DNA of 64,000 bases from Saccostrea cucullata (taxonomy: Eukaryota): the NCBI RefSeq assembly GCF_032062105.1, contig NW_026940631.1, positions 248,001 through 312,000 on the forward strand, given 5' to 3'. Shown here one piece after another: positions 37,491-49,804 of the stretch (within the stretch, counting starts at the first letter, position 1; the number at the start of each line of letters is the position of its first letter). A program made the translations under genes and the position numbers. The notes under the pieces were generated by a model. The model made no database searches. It saw only the letters and a list, made by a program, of their open reading frames with translations, and was not told the origin of the DNA.

Positions 37491-38264
37491 CCTCTTCTTT
37501 CATTAAATTTCTGAGGCGCAATAGCTTTTCAAGGGACGTAACTCCCGACTGTTGTTTCATGAATAAAGTCGAAATAATTTATTTCATGAATAAAATCGAT
37601 GTTTTTATTATGATTAAAAAACATAATGCTCATATACCCACGCGGGAAAGAGAGAGGGGGAGGAGAGAGAGAGAGAGAGAGAAGCACAATATCCAGAATC
37701 CCTTTGAACCACAACAGCTGCATACATTGTATTTTCATTTAGATTCTATATCAAGACAATTATTCGAATGTTGGATCAGACATATTTTAAACAATACATG
37801 TACTGGTTAGATCACTGAAAAGCTGTCACGACCTTTTTATATACGATTACTATCAGACTGGGATTAGTTTATTTATATTTATATCAACAAACAACTCTTT
37901 GCCTGGTAGAATTCAAATAAATCTTGCTCTTGAAAGTTTCTATGTTTTTTTTTTGTTTTTTTTTTTATAAATGCATAGTTAAATGTTATGTTTGACAGCA
38001 AAAAGTTTGAAAGAGAGCACGAAATCATAGAGACTTGAGCAAGTCTAAATTCAAGTACATGTATTCTAATTAGTGTTTACTACATATTGCACGACGTATA
38101 TTAATTAAGAATCATGGGTTGAATTTAATTGAAATATGTTAATAACCATTAGTAATTGAGCTCAAAAGACCACTGGAACAATACATATTGGAATCAAGCA
38201 AACAACATCAGAATTATCATGTTGTAGCAAATTAAACGGAAAATCAGCAATCAATTTAGTGTGT

Positions 38265-39373
38265 AAACAAGCTAATTCAGAGAATTCGTGTCCCCCGCTT
38301 AGGGAAAAAGTCGGATCCCCCTGACTGAATTTGTAGAGTTATTAAATGTATACATGTATACTGAAGCAAATAAAATACATGTATGTCAATATGCATATAA
38401 AGATTTGATTGCTTATTCTTTATTATGTGTATAGAAGATTCTATTTATCACACTGTGATGATGATTTTATAACCTCATAAATTTTTCATTTCACATGCTG
38501 AATACTATCATTTAATAAAAAAAGTATTTTAAAAAAAAAAAAAAAGAAAAAAAAAAAGACAGGTTCGACCGAGATTCGATCCTGGGACCTCCCGCATGTG
38601 CAGCGAGTGATATAACCACTAAACCACGGAATCGCTTTAACCGGTATTAAGTATATGCAGAACTAAAGTCACATACATGTGTATATTCATGTTCGGTATT
38701 CTCAAAATTTTACACAATCCATGGTGTTTGATTTATTTAGCCATTATTAAACAGTTCTAATAGATGTAATAAGAACATAAAGTCCGCCGAGAACCTGTTT
38801 TATACGCAATAACTCTCCTCATGCCCCTGCGCTAAAAATAGCGACATGTAATACTATAAATACTAATAAAACAAACGGGGCGGGGCACTTTGAGAGGGGC
38901 GAGAGACGTTCTAGGGAGTTTTGGTATAAAATTACATTGCATAAGCTCAAAATCTTCTTGAAATATCGCCCGGAAATGATAGTGTTACACACAGACAGAA
39001 TGTATAAATTTAAGACCTTGAACTTTGACCTTTTGACCTCAAAATCAATAGGGGTCTTCATTAGGCCACAGGGAGTTGTTATGTAAAATTTCATTGCAAT
39101 AGCTCAAATGGTTCTAGACATATCGTGTGGAAACGAAAGTGTTTTAACAAACAGAATTTGCTTATTTATGACCTTGACCTTTGACCTTTTGACCTCAAAA
39201 TCAATAGGGGTCTTCTTTAGTCCATAGGGAGTTGCTATGCTAAATTTCATTGCAAAAGCTCAAAGGGTTCTCGAGATATCGTGTGGAAACGAAAGCGTTA
39301 CAGACAGACAGAAAGACGGACGGACGGACAAACCCAAATTAATATCCCCCACTTTTCAAGCGGGGGACAATAA
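38265..39373. mobile_element. Helentron/HINE-like element with GACCTTTGACC repeats, containing a tRNA-like sequence
   Basis: AAACAAGCT..TGTCCCCCGCTT at the left, two ~155-bp GACCTTTTGACCTCAAAATCAATAGGGGTCTT units, (GACA/GACG)n, and terminal hairpin TCCCCCACTTTTCAAGCGGGGGACAAT. Confidence 0.7.
38561..38633 (-). tRNA. tRNA-Val(CAC)-like pseudogene / Pol III unit
   Basis: GATTCCGTGGTTTAGTGGTTATATCACTCGCTG-CAC-ATGCGGGAGGTCCCAGGATCGAATCTCGGTCGAACCT is 73 nt and colinear with eukaryotic tRNA-Val. It has A and B boxes and a long poly-T 3 nt downstream. Acceptor and T stems are mismatched and position 33 is G. Confidence 0.65.
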
Positions 39374-39379
39374 TGCCGT

Positions 39380-39960
39380 AACAGTGAGTATGAAAACGTC
39401 AATCAGCATTTCACTTAATGATGAATTGCGTTTGTTGACAAGGTCGTTGTATCGACCACTGAACTTACGAAAGTCTGACTATGATTAACGATATTGTTGA
39501 TCTCTTTGTTTCATCAACTTGTTTGTCAATAGTTTTTCCTCAGTTTTGGAAACTGTTCTACGCGTTTTCTTGCCAACACACAAACTCTATATGATAAGAT
39601 TTATTGTTACATAAATACTATGTACATAAATACTAGTAAGGGGAAGTTAAAGCCATTGCGATTACAGTAAAGTTTTGTTTTTAGCTTACAATTTACGTCT
39701 TTTTAAAAAGTAAAATACTAGTATCCAGCTATGAAATAGATGTGTCAAACTCTTTGGTATCTTTCAGTTCAAAATTACTTAGACATATATTGAGACATAT
39801 ATTGAGAAGACATATCAATGGAAGTAACTATAATTGTTACTTGATACTGAAATACTCGTACATCGCCGATATGCTTGTACCTAAATGTCTAGTTGAAGGC
39901 CACGGCAGTTTCTTCACAGGTATAATTTTTCATACAAATGACAGATTGTTTGAAAACCTA
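39380..39960 (-). mobile_element. Highly decayed Naiad-type Penelope fragment
   Basis: GACAAGGTCGTTGTATCGACC..GAACTTACGAAA..CATCAACTTGTTTGTCAAT matches 30625-30720. Confidence 0.6.
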
Positions 39961-40153
39961 ATATGCAAAACCTATAGATAAGATAAGATTTATTAATACC
40001 AATTTGGGGCCCATCAGGGCATACAAGAAAAGAGAAAAACATACAAGAAGAAATTCAAATTTGATAGTAGCAACTAACAAAAGATTAATGATGATACAGC
40101 AGTTGGGGATTACAACATACATGTATATAATCGACATTCTGTACATATAAGGC

Positions 40154-40558
40154 TTTTTAGGTCACCTGAGTAACTCAGGTGACCTATTGCTATCCGTTTT
40201 CGTCCGTCGTCGTCCGTCGTGCGTCGTGTGTCGTGTGTTAACATTTGAACATTTTCAGCTTCTTCTCTAAAACCACTGAACCAATTTCAACCAAATCTGG
40301 TATACAGCATCTATGGGTGAAGGGGAACAAAAATTGTGAATTTCATGGTCCCCGCCCCCCTGGGGCCTGAGGGGTGGGGCCAAAACCACTAAAATTAATG
40401 AAATCTTTAAAAATCTTCTTCTTTACTCCTGGACATCAAGCAGGCAAACTGTTGGCATGAATGTAATGAGCATTGTGTCCTCTACCAAAATTGTGAAATT
40501 CATGGCCCCAGGGTCAGGGGTTCTAGTGCTAGGGCGGGGCTCTATAGATTATATAGTG

Positions 40559-40592
<34 letters not shown>

Positions 40593-40894
40593 GCTCCTAG
40601 GTATTAAATAAACTAAATAAGCACATAGTTATGATAAGCAAGAGTGCCTCTTCCAGATTTGTGAATTTTATAGCCCCAGGGTCAGGGGTTCTGGTGTTAG
40701 GGCGGGGCTCTATAGATTATATAGTGAAAATGCATTATTTCTTTGAAAATCTTTTTCTCTGCTCCTGGGTATTAAATAAACTAACTTAGCACATAGTTAT
40801 GATGAGCAAGAGTGCCTCTTCCAGATTTGTGAAATTCATGGCCCCTGGGTCAGGGTTTCTAGCGCTAGGGCGGGGCTCTGTAGATTATATAGTG

Positions 40895-40928
<34 letters not shown>

Positions 40929-41230
40929 GCTCCTGGGTATTAAATAAACTAACTAAGCACATAGTTATGATGAGCAAGAGTGCCTCTTCCAGATTTGTGA
41001 ATTTAATGGCCCCAGGGTCAGGGGTTCTAGTGCTAGGGCGGGGCTCTATAGATTATATAGTGAAAATGCATTATATTTTTGAAAATCTTCTTCTCTGCTC
41101 CTGGGTATTAAATAAACTAACTAAGCACATAGTTATGATAAGCAAGAGTGCCTCTTCCAGATTTGTGAATTTTATGGCCCCAGGGTCAGGGGTTCTGGTG
41201 TTAGGACGGGGCTCTATAGATTATATAGTG

Positions 41231-41264
<34 letters not shown>

Positions 41265-41561
41265 GCTCCTGGGTATTAAATAAACTAACTAAGCACATAG
41301 TTATGATGAGCAAGAGTGCCTCTTCCAGATTTGTGAATTTTATGGCCCCAGGGTCAGGGTTCTGGTCGTAGGGCAGGGCTCTTTTGATTATATAGTGAAA
41401 ATGCATTTATTCTCTGAAAATCTTCTTCTCTGCTTCTGGGTATTAAATAAACTAACTAAGCACATAGTTATGATGAGCAAGAGTGTCTCTTCCAGATTTG
41501 TGAATTTTATGAAGGGTCAGGGGTTCTGGTGTTAGGACTGGGCTCTATAGATTATATAGTG

Positions 41562-41595
<34 letters not shown>

Positions 41596-41729
41596 GCTCC
41601 TGGGTATTAAATAAACTAACTAAGCACATAGTTATGATGAGCAAGAGTGCTTCTTCCAGATTTGTGAAATTCATGGCCCCAGGGTCAGGGGTTCTAGTGC
41701 TAGGGCGGGGCTCTGTAGATTATATAGTG

Positions 41730-41763
<34 letters not shown>

Positions 41764-42370
41764 GCTCCTGGGTATTAAATAAACTAACTAAGCACATAGT
41801 TATGATAAACAAGAGTGCCTCTTCCAGATTTGTGAATTTTATGGTCCCAGGGTCAGGGGTTCTGGTGTTAGGGCGAGGCTCTATTGATTATATAGTAAAA
41901 ATACATTAATTCTTTGAAAATATTTTTCTTTGCTTCTGGGTTTTATGCCAATGATCTAAGTATATATATATTTATGATGAAGAAAGGTGCATCTAGCAAA
42001 TTTAAGGTGCTTTTTTATGCCCCCAGGGTCAAAGGGGGGGGGGGGTTACATAGTCTGAAAATAAATTAATGCTTTGATTACATTTGCAAAATTTTGAAAT
42101 ATGTGGCCCAGGCCATGGGTCAGTGGGTGAGGTACACAACTGGTTATAAAGTGGAAGTGCATTTTCTCTTTGTTACTCTGATCTATCTCTGGGTATTAAG
42201 TAAATAGAGTAAGCATGCTAAGTTAATAATTATGATAAGCAATGGTGCCTCTTTCAAAATTGTAAATTGTGAATTTCATGGCCTCCGGTTTAAAATATGA
42301 ACCAAATATAATTGTTTGAAAGTTGTTGCACAATACTCAGGTGACCTATAAGGCCCATGGGCCTCTTGTT
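40154..42370. mobile_element. HINE carrying a 168-bp satellite array (~9 monomers)
   Basis: TTTTTAGGTCACCTGAGTAACTCAGGTGACCTA hairpin and (GTC)n; GGGTCAGGGG recurs at 40511, 40679 and onward; end CTCAGGTGACC..GGCCCATGGGCCTCTTGTT. Confidence 0.9.
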
Positions 42371-42479
42371 TTTTACTAGAGTATAAACATTATTACTCTT
42401 TTGTATTTATTTGTTTCTTTTTTTTAACATTGCATAATTCGCTATTTCTTATTTTAAAGATATTGATTAAAAAATTACC

Positions 42480-42800
42480 CAGCTTGATAAGCAACATGTC
42501 ATTTTCGTTAGACATAATCCATTTTTTCTTTATTTGTTAAAGAATAGAAATTTTTATTACTTTTAGCAATAATCTTAAAAAGGTCATCTCTATCATGTTT
42601 ATATAATGAACATTCAATCAGTGAGTGGATCTCATCTTCCATACAATTCATGTCACACATTCTACAAATTCTTTCATTTCTTGCAAGGGTGGTTTGCTGT
42701 CCTACAGTGTTTAATTTTTTTTCCATATGTTCTACTTTCAATTCTGAGATTATGTGAACTTACTCTAATTCTATATAGATTTCTGAAGAATTTCTGGAGA
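42480..42800 (-). mobile_element. 3' fragment of a non-LTR retrotransposon ORF2 (C-terminal CCHC)
   Basis: SSHNLRIE..; ERICRMCDMNCMEDEIHSLIECSLYKHDR. Confidence 0.7.
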
Positions 42801-43639
42801 TTTTAAGTAACCACATCTCATTTACACTGCATCTTAATTAAATATACTTTTTATCGTATTATTGGAGTTTCTCCTTCACTGTTGGTAATATTTTATAAGA
42901 GGAGTCAAGAAAGAGGCTTGGTAGAAAATTCATTGGAACGGTGGAACCCGCTAGGTACTTTGTTGTTAGGATTTTTATTTTTGGAATTTGTTTATGACTC
43001 TTGGCTACAATAAAAGGTACAAAGTTGGAAAGACGGTGCTGAAGCAATTTTTATACCCCGTATTCAAAGATTTGGGGTGTACAGTTTTAGCCCAGTTTGT
43101 CCACCTGTTTTGTCCGCAACAACTTTAACCTTAAGCTTGTCCATGACTTTTGATTGGTCAGAGCTAGCTATGGCTTTCTTATTTTACCTGTATATGTCTT
43201 GTAACGAAACCTTTCTTGTGGTAATAGGATATTTGCACTTTTGCAAAGTTTTTACCAAACCTTTTAAAACCCTGCATGGTCATAAGTGTTGAACAGTTAG
43301 CGCCTGGGGTTATCATATTTCACGTGCACAGTGTACTAGTATCTGCTACCTCCCTCCATCTCAATCTCTCTGGTAATTCCCGTTTATAACGTAAGCTGAA
43401 AGAATGTAATAATTACATACATAATAGTGACATATCTTGAATTTTTTGTAAAGAAGACTTGTATGCCGTTCATATGGCATTATTGTTTAAAATCGCAATT
43501 GCATTAGTTGTTATTAATTTCGAAATACCGTATGCAATCAGTACATTGTATTTGTTTAAGTGTAGAATGAAAGTAATGTAAGACTTTTCTATTTGTGGTT
43601 AAACGTCATAGACCTCGCTTGTGTAATACATTAGAGACA

Positions 43640-46600
43640 TTCATGGCTTCTAGTAATTGAGATGCGTTATGACAGATGATATAGGTGGCAAAATTTCACC
43701 TCGAGTGTTTTTTATGCCTATCCCCGATAACACAGTTCTTGGGAATGGTAAAACATGCTATATAAAAGCATCGGCATCCCCAAATTCTGTAAACTTTTCT
43801 TTGACGGTATTCACACAGGTTGTGCTTCTTAATGTGAGTTTCCTTTTGTTGTACTCTGTTGTGTTTGTATCGATTTGCTAGATGCAGATAATTTGTTGGT
43901 TGTGCTTTCTTGTTTTGACTTTTTAGTAATGGCTACATGTATTTACGATAATATGAAAGCTGATTAGTACTAAGCTAAAAACGACCTCCAGCTTATTACT
44001 TGCACACTATATTCCATTTCATTATTATCCTCCAGTTACATGTAGCTAGAGATGTCAGTTCAAATGTTTTTTCATTGATTAGCAACAAATACCAAAAATG
44101 TGAACAGTATCCTGTTTACTATTTCATAAAAATCTTTAATATCTCAAATAATCACTTTAATGTTATTGTGATTACAATATTACTAATATGTGGATGTGTG
44201 GAAACAAACCCAGGTCCAGCAGATTATAAAAAACACATAAGTATTGTGCACAACAATGTATGCAGTTTACCTCCTAAACTTGATATTATTAGAAATGAAT
44301 TTTCAGGAAATGATATAATTGCCATTACTGAAACTCACTTAGATCAGAGTATTGACAATAGTAATCTTTCACTTGATGGTTATTATCTACCAGTTAGAAA
44401 AGACAGAAATAGATATGGTGGAGAAGTTGCACTGTACATTTCAACTAGATTAAATTTCAAAGTTAGAAATGATTTAAATTTTTCTGATATTGAAATTTTA
44501 TGGGCAGAGATCCAGTCACAAAATCAAAAGTTCTTGGTTGGAGTCATCTACAGACCTCCCAACTCTGGGTCTGATTTCTGGGATAAATTTACAAGTACTG
44601 TAGAAAGAGCTCTAGATACAGAGATGAAATTGTTTTTGTTAGGCGATTTCAATGTAAACATGTTAGCCCCTGGGAATAATACATTTAAAAACCTACTACT
44701 ACAACTTAATTTAAGTAATGTTGTCTTAGAGCCTTCCAATTTTACAACTGATATTGGAACTTGCATAGACCTTGTGTTAACTAATGATCCACCCAAAGTT
44801 AAGAGTGTTGTAGTCGATGAACCCATTTGTAGTTCTCATTCACCTGTCTCTATAGAAATCTCATTTCAAACATATAAGCAACATGCCTTCAAACGCACAA
44901 TTAGAAATTATAATAATGCAAATTATCAAGGCCTGAACAACGACTTACAAAATGTTAATTGGGATGAAAAAGTGTTTACCTCTAATAATATGAATGAAGT
45001 CTATCAAAATTTTACATGCACTTACCTAACCTTAGTAGATAAACATATACCAAAAAAGCAAATTATAATACGTCCATCAGATAAACCATATATTACCACA
45101 GAAATTCGTAGGAAAATGAGGCCAAAAAAAAAGAATTCATAAAAAGGATAAGCATACTAAAAATTCATTACACTGGCAAAAATTCAGACAAGTCCGTAAC
45201 GAAGTAATAGAATTAGTACGGAAAAGTAGGAAGGAGTACAAAATTAAACTTGTCTCCCAACTCATTGACAAATCTATTCCACCAGGAAAGTGGTGGCGTA
45301 TAGCAAAATCCGTTGCAAGGTTAAAGAAACAAAGCTCTCCCCCATCCTCTATCAAATCACAAGATGGTAGAATATTGATTCATCCAATTGATAAAGCTGA
45401 AGAATTTAATAATTTTTTCTCTAATATATCACATATTGAAAATGAGCCAGATTTGCCCGAACATGGAGCTAGACCTCCAGACTACTTCTGTGATTTTGAA
45501 ATAAATGACCAAGATGTTCTTGATCAGTTAAGCATACTTGATCCCTCTAAACCATGTGGACCAGATGGAATTTCTCCCAGAATATTAAAGGAAACCCGTT
45601 ATTCCATATATAAACCTCTATGTAGATTATTTAACCTTTCACTTACAAATAAAGTTCTTCCATACATATGGAAACAAGCACATATTTCACCTATTTTTAA
45701 AAATAAAAGCTGTCCCCAACAACCTAATAATTACAGACCAATATCATTGACTTGTTCTATATGTAAACTAATGGAAAAAATACTTTTTAAATATATGTTT
45801 AATCATATTAAGGAACATGACTTATTGTGTAAATACCAATCTGGGTTCCAACCTGGGGATTCTAATGTTAACCAGTTAGTTGAAATATATGATAAAATTA
45901 TGTCAAACCTTGACAGAGGCAGAGATACACGCTTTATATTTTGTGACATTTCCAAAGCTTTTGACAAGGTATGGCATAAGGGAATGATTTTCAAACTTAA
46001 AAACTTTGGATTTAGAAGTAATATACTGGGTTGGATTGAAGACTATCTTACTGAAAGACAACAAAGAGTGAATTTAGAAGGCTTTTCATCATCATATAAA
46101 CAATAGATGCTGGGGTACCTCAGGGGTCTGTAGTGGGTCCCTTCTTGTTTTTGTTATATATAAATGATATAGCTAAAGATATATCTTGTAATATTCGACT
46201 GTTTGCTGATGATACTTCTTTGTTTGCTATTATTGACAATGATATCAATGCTCCAACAATGTCCCTTACTCAAGATCTTGAAAAGATAAGAAATTGGTCC
46301 AAAGCTTGGGCTGTAGATTTTAATAGTGAAAAAACGGTTAATGTTGATTTTACTAGAAAACACATAAGTTATCCTAATATTCAGTTTGGATATGGAGGTG
46401 ATTATATTAAACAATCAAATACTCATGTTCATTTAGGATTACAATTTCAAGCAGATGGTTCTTGGAACAATCACATATTGAATATATATGAAAAGGCATG
46501 TAAAAGATTAAATATAATTAGGTTATTGAAACATAGTATTGATAGAAATTCACTAATAAAAATTTATTTTGCCTTTATAAGACCAATTTTAGAATATGCT

Positions 46601-48777
46601 GATGTTGTATGGGATAATTGTACCCAAAGTAGTTCAGAATTGCTTGAAAAAGTTCAGATAGAAGCTGCCAGAATTATTACTGGGCTTAGAGTTAATTCGT
46701 CCAGAACTTGTTTGTATGGTGAACTAGGATGGGAACCATTATATCTTAGAAGAGAAAAACACAAACTTCAATTGATGTATAAAATGATTAATGGTTCTGC
46801 ACCTGATTATTTGTATGATTTGAATCAACCTTGTTTTCCTGTTCAACATGCTTACAACCTAAGGTCTGGATGTAATAACTTATGTATACCAGTTTGTAAA
46901 ACAATGTCATACTATAATAGTTTTATTCCCTCAACTATAAAACTTTGGAACAGTCTTAGTGAAGATGTAAAAAACTCTCCTTCTTTAGCTATCTTTAAAG
47001 CAAAGCTTAAGAATTGGGGTGCAACTAATAAACCTTGTAGGTACTTTAATTTTGGTAATAGAAAAGAAAATATCTTGCATTGTCAGTTGCGAAACAATGC
47101 TAGTAATCTTAATGCACATTTAAAAAATCATTTTTTATCAGATATTCAATCATGTCAAAAGTGTGGATTTCATACTGAAGATACTGAACATTATTTTATC
47201 AACTGCCCATCGTATAATGTTGAAAGAAACATATTGGTAAAAAAATTAAATGATATTGATGTTGTTTTCGAGCTCAACGCTCTACTAAGAGGAAAATGTC
47301 AATACTCTTATCAAACAAATGGTAAAATATTTTCATATGTAAAAAAATTTATTAAATCTTCTAAAAGACTAAATAAGGGACACTGTTTATTAAATATTCT
47401 ATTAAATGCATATTTTTTTTTGAAATATTTGTATTATTTTTAAGCTGGAACGGTATGTATATAATATGTATACAGTTAGGGGGTTGTCATTTTTTAGCTC
47501 TACTGGTCAGAGACCAGAAGAGCTTATGCGATAGTAATGCGTCCGTCGTCCGTCCGTCTGTCTGTCTGTAAACAATTTTTCAAAATGCTACTCTTCCTAC
47601 AGTTTTGGTCCAATTTCAATATAACTTTACACACAAGTAGACTACACTAAGATACATAATTCTGTGCATCGGTTTTTGATTTCGATGAACGGTGTTGCCG
47701 TGGTTACTAAAAATAGAAATTTCTGTGAAATTCTTTCAAAATGCTACTCCCCCTACAGTTTTGGTCCGATTTCAATATAACTTGGCACACAAGTAGACTA
47801 CACTAAGATACATAATTCTGTGCATCGGTTTTTGATTTTGATGAACAGTGTTGCCGTGGTTACTAAAAATAGAAATTTCTGTGAAATTCTTTCAAAATGC
47901 TACTCCTCCTACAGTTTTGGTTTGATTTCAATATAACTTGGCACACAAGTAGACTACACTTAGATACATAATTCTGTGCATCGGTTTTTGATTTCGATGA
48001 ACGGTGTTGCCGTGGTTACTAAAAATAGAAATTTCTGTGAAATTCTTTCAAAATGCTACTCCTCCTACAATTTTGGTCCGATTTCAATATAACTTGGCAC
48101 ACAAGTAGACTACACTAAGATACATAATTCTGTGCATCGGTTTTTGATTTCGCTGAACGATGTTGCCGTGGTTACTAAAAATAGAAATTTCTGTGAAATT
48201 CTTTCAAAATGCTACTCCTCCTACAGTTTTGGTCCGATTTCAATATAACTTGGCACACAAGTAGACTACACTAAGATACATAATTCTTTGCATCGGTTTT
48301 TGATTTCGATGAACGGTGTTGCCGTGGTTACTAATAATAGAAATTTCTGTGAAATTCTTTCAAAATGCTACTCCTCCTACAGTTTTGGTCCAATTTCAGT
48401 ATAACTTGGCACACAAGTAGACTATACTTAGATACATAATTCTGTGCATCGGTTTTTATTTTGATGAGTGGCAAGGATCATTTTTCTGTTTATTGCTGTT
48501 TTAAAGTTTCAAGTGCCAACTGCTACTTTTCTCTTCCTTTGTTTTAAGTATAAACCAGTAGAGCTACAGTCTCGACAGAGACTTCTGGTTTGAGATATAA
48601 TATTCATAAATAATACTTGATTGTGAATCTATATTTTTCATTATAATTTTATTGATTATCATGTTCATGTATTATTACCTACTATTCCATCTTGACCTAT
48701 TATACAAGGAGAGGGTGTACATAGGCATTGCCTGTTGCCCAATCCTGATTGAATTTCTCAATACAATATGTTTAAAC
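43640..48777 (+). mobile_element. Near full-length CR1/L2-group LINE (2A-like motif, APE, RT, C-terminal CCHC) with two frameshifts near 45130 and 46103
   Basis: VETNPGP, AITETHL, IYRPPNS, LGDFN, CIDL, GPDGI, NYRPISL, QSGFQPGDS, DISKAFDKVWH, GVPQGSVVGP, LFADDT and CQKCG..EDTEHYFINC. 3' end GGAGAGGG..TTGCCCAATCC..AATATGTTTAAAC. The 5' boundary is approximate. Confidence 0.9.
47490..48590. mobile_element. HINE with 156-bp satellite (~6 monomers) nested in the LINE 3' UTR
   Basis: TTTTTAGCTCTACTGGTCAGAGACCAGAAGAGCT hairpin and (GTCC)n; CAAAATGCTAC period of 156 bp from 47581 to 48361; end ACCAGTAGAGCTACAGTCTCGACAGAGACTTCTGGTT. Confidence 0.9.
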
Positions 48778-49804
48778 CTCATAAGTACAAGATAATTTTT
48801 TCGCAAATACAATTGCAAGAAAACTTATTTTTATTTTGTAAAAAGACTCTTATATTTTAGGAAAATTAATCATTCATAAAGTAAATACATGTAACTTGAC
48901 ATATCATGAAAACAATTCAGAAAAAAAAATCGTAATGATGAGAAAAATGTATAATTACAAGTTCATAGAACCCAGTTGCATTTTTATCAAAAAGTTAAAA
49001 AGTCGTTAAATATTACATGACGTAATACAAAAGAAGTTGAGAAAATACCAAATAACATACAGGAATATTAAAAGATAAGAATACTTACGGTAAGTATATG
49101 AAAAACACGATGAATTGATAAAAAGAATCCTTTATCCAGAAGTAGGATTTCAAGTGGGAAACATTTCACAGTGCTCTGTTTAATGCACATTAAATAATTC
49201 TGATGATAAATAAAATTGTCTGCTTTCTCCAGAAAAAAAATATATCTACATCATAATCCATTATCAATCAGTGTTTTCTGATTTTATTTATGCAAAGATG
49301 CATGCAAAAACAGTCATTTAAACTTCAATGAAAAAAATAATGGAGTGGTTACATGTTAAAGAAGCAAGTACACAAAACATTTGTTCCTTGGTATCATATA
49401 TGGATTATGAAAAGGGTCGGAGGGAGGGGGTGAAAATTTTAAGCAATTGGTTGATAAAGTTTGAAACGCATATTGTATTTAAGAATTCCACTGTATTCAT
49501 CGACGAGACCCTCAAAGCTCTTAGAAAATTTTTTTTCGTTCTTTAAAAAAAGATTAATTGCAAATGTCAGCATAGTTTAGCTCTTTTTTACTACACATAC
49601 ATGTAGATATGAACTAAATGTTTAATTAATTACATGTATTCCTTTTAAATATTTTTTATATATATATGTCATTTTATCAAGTAGCAAATATTTCAATTAA
49701 GAATTAACCTTTTTTAAAATTAAATGCTTTTAATCATCGGTTTTACGTCTGCATTTATGTCTTTTTCTAGAGAGTTATTCCAGACTGAAAGCAACAACAC
49801 AAGT

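Noticed and set aside
40799-41909. ORFs of 190 and 126 aa with a 56-aa repeat
   Set aside because: The 168-bp satellite monomer is a multiple of 3 and happens to lack stops in one frame. Copies carry stops and frameshifts and lie inside a HINE.
47581-48470. Regular repeat array that might suggest CRISPR
   Set aside because: Whole 156-bp monomers repeat with no unique spacers, the context is eukaryotic, and there are no cas genes. The same applies to the other arrays.
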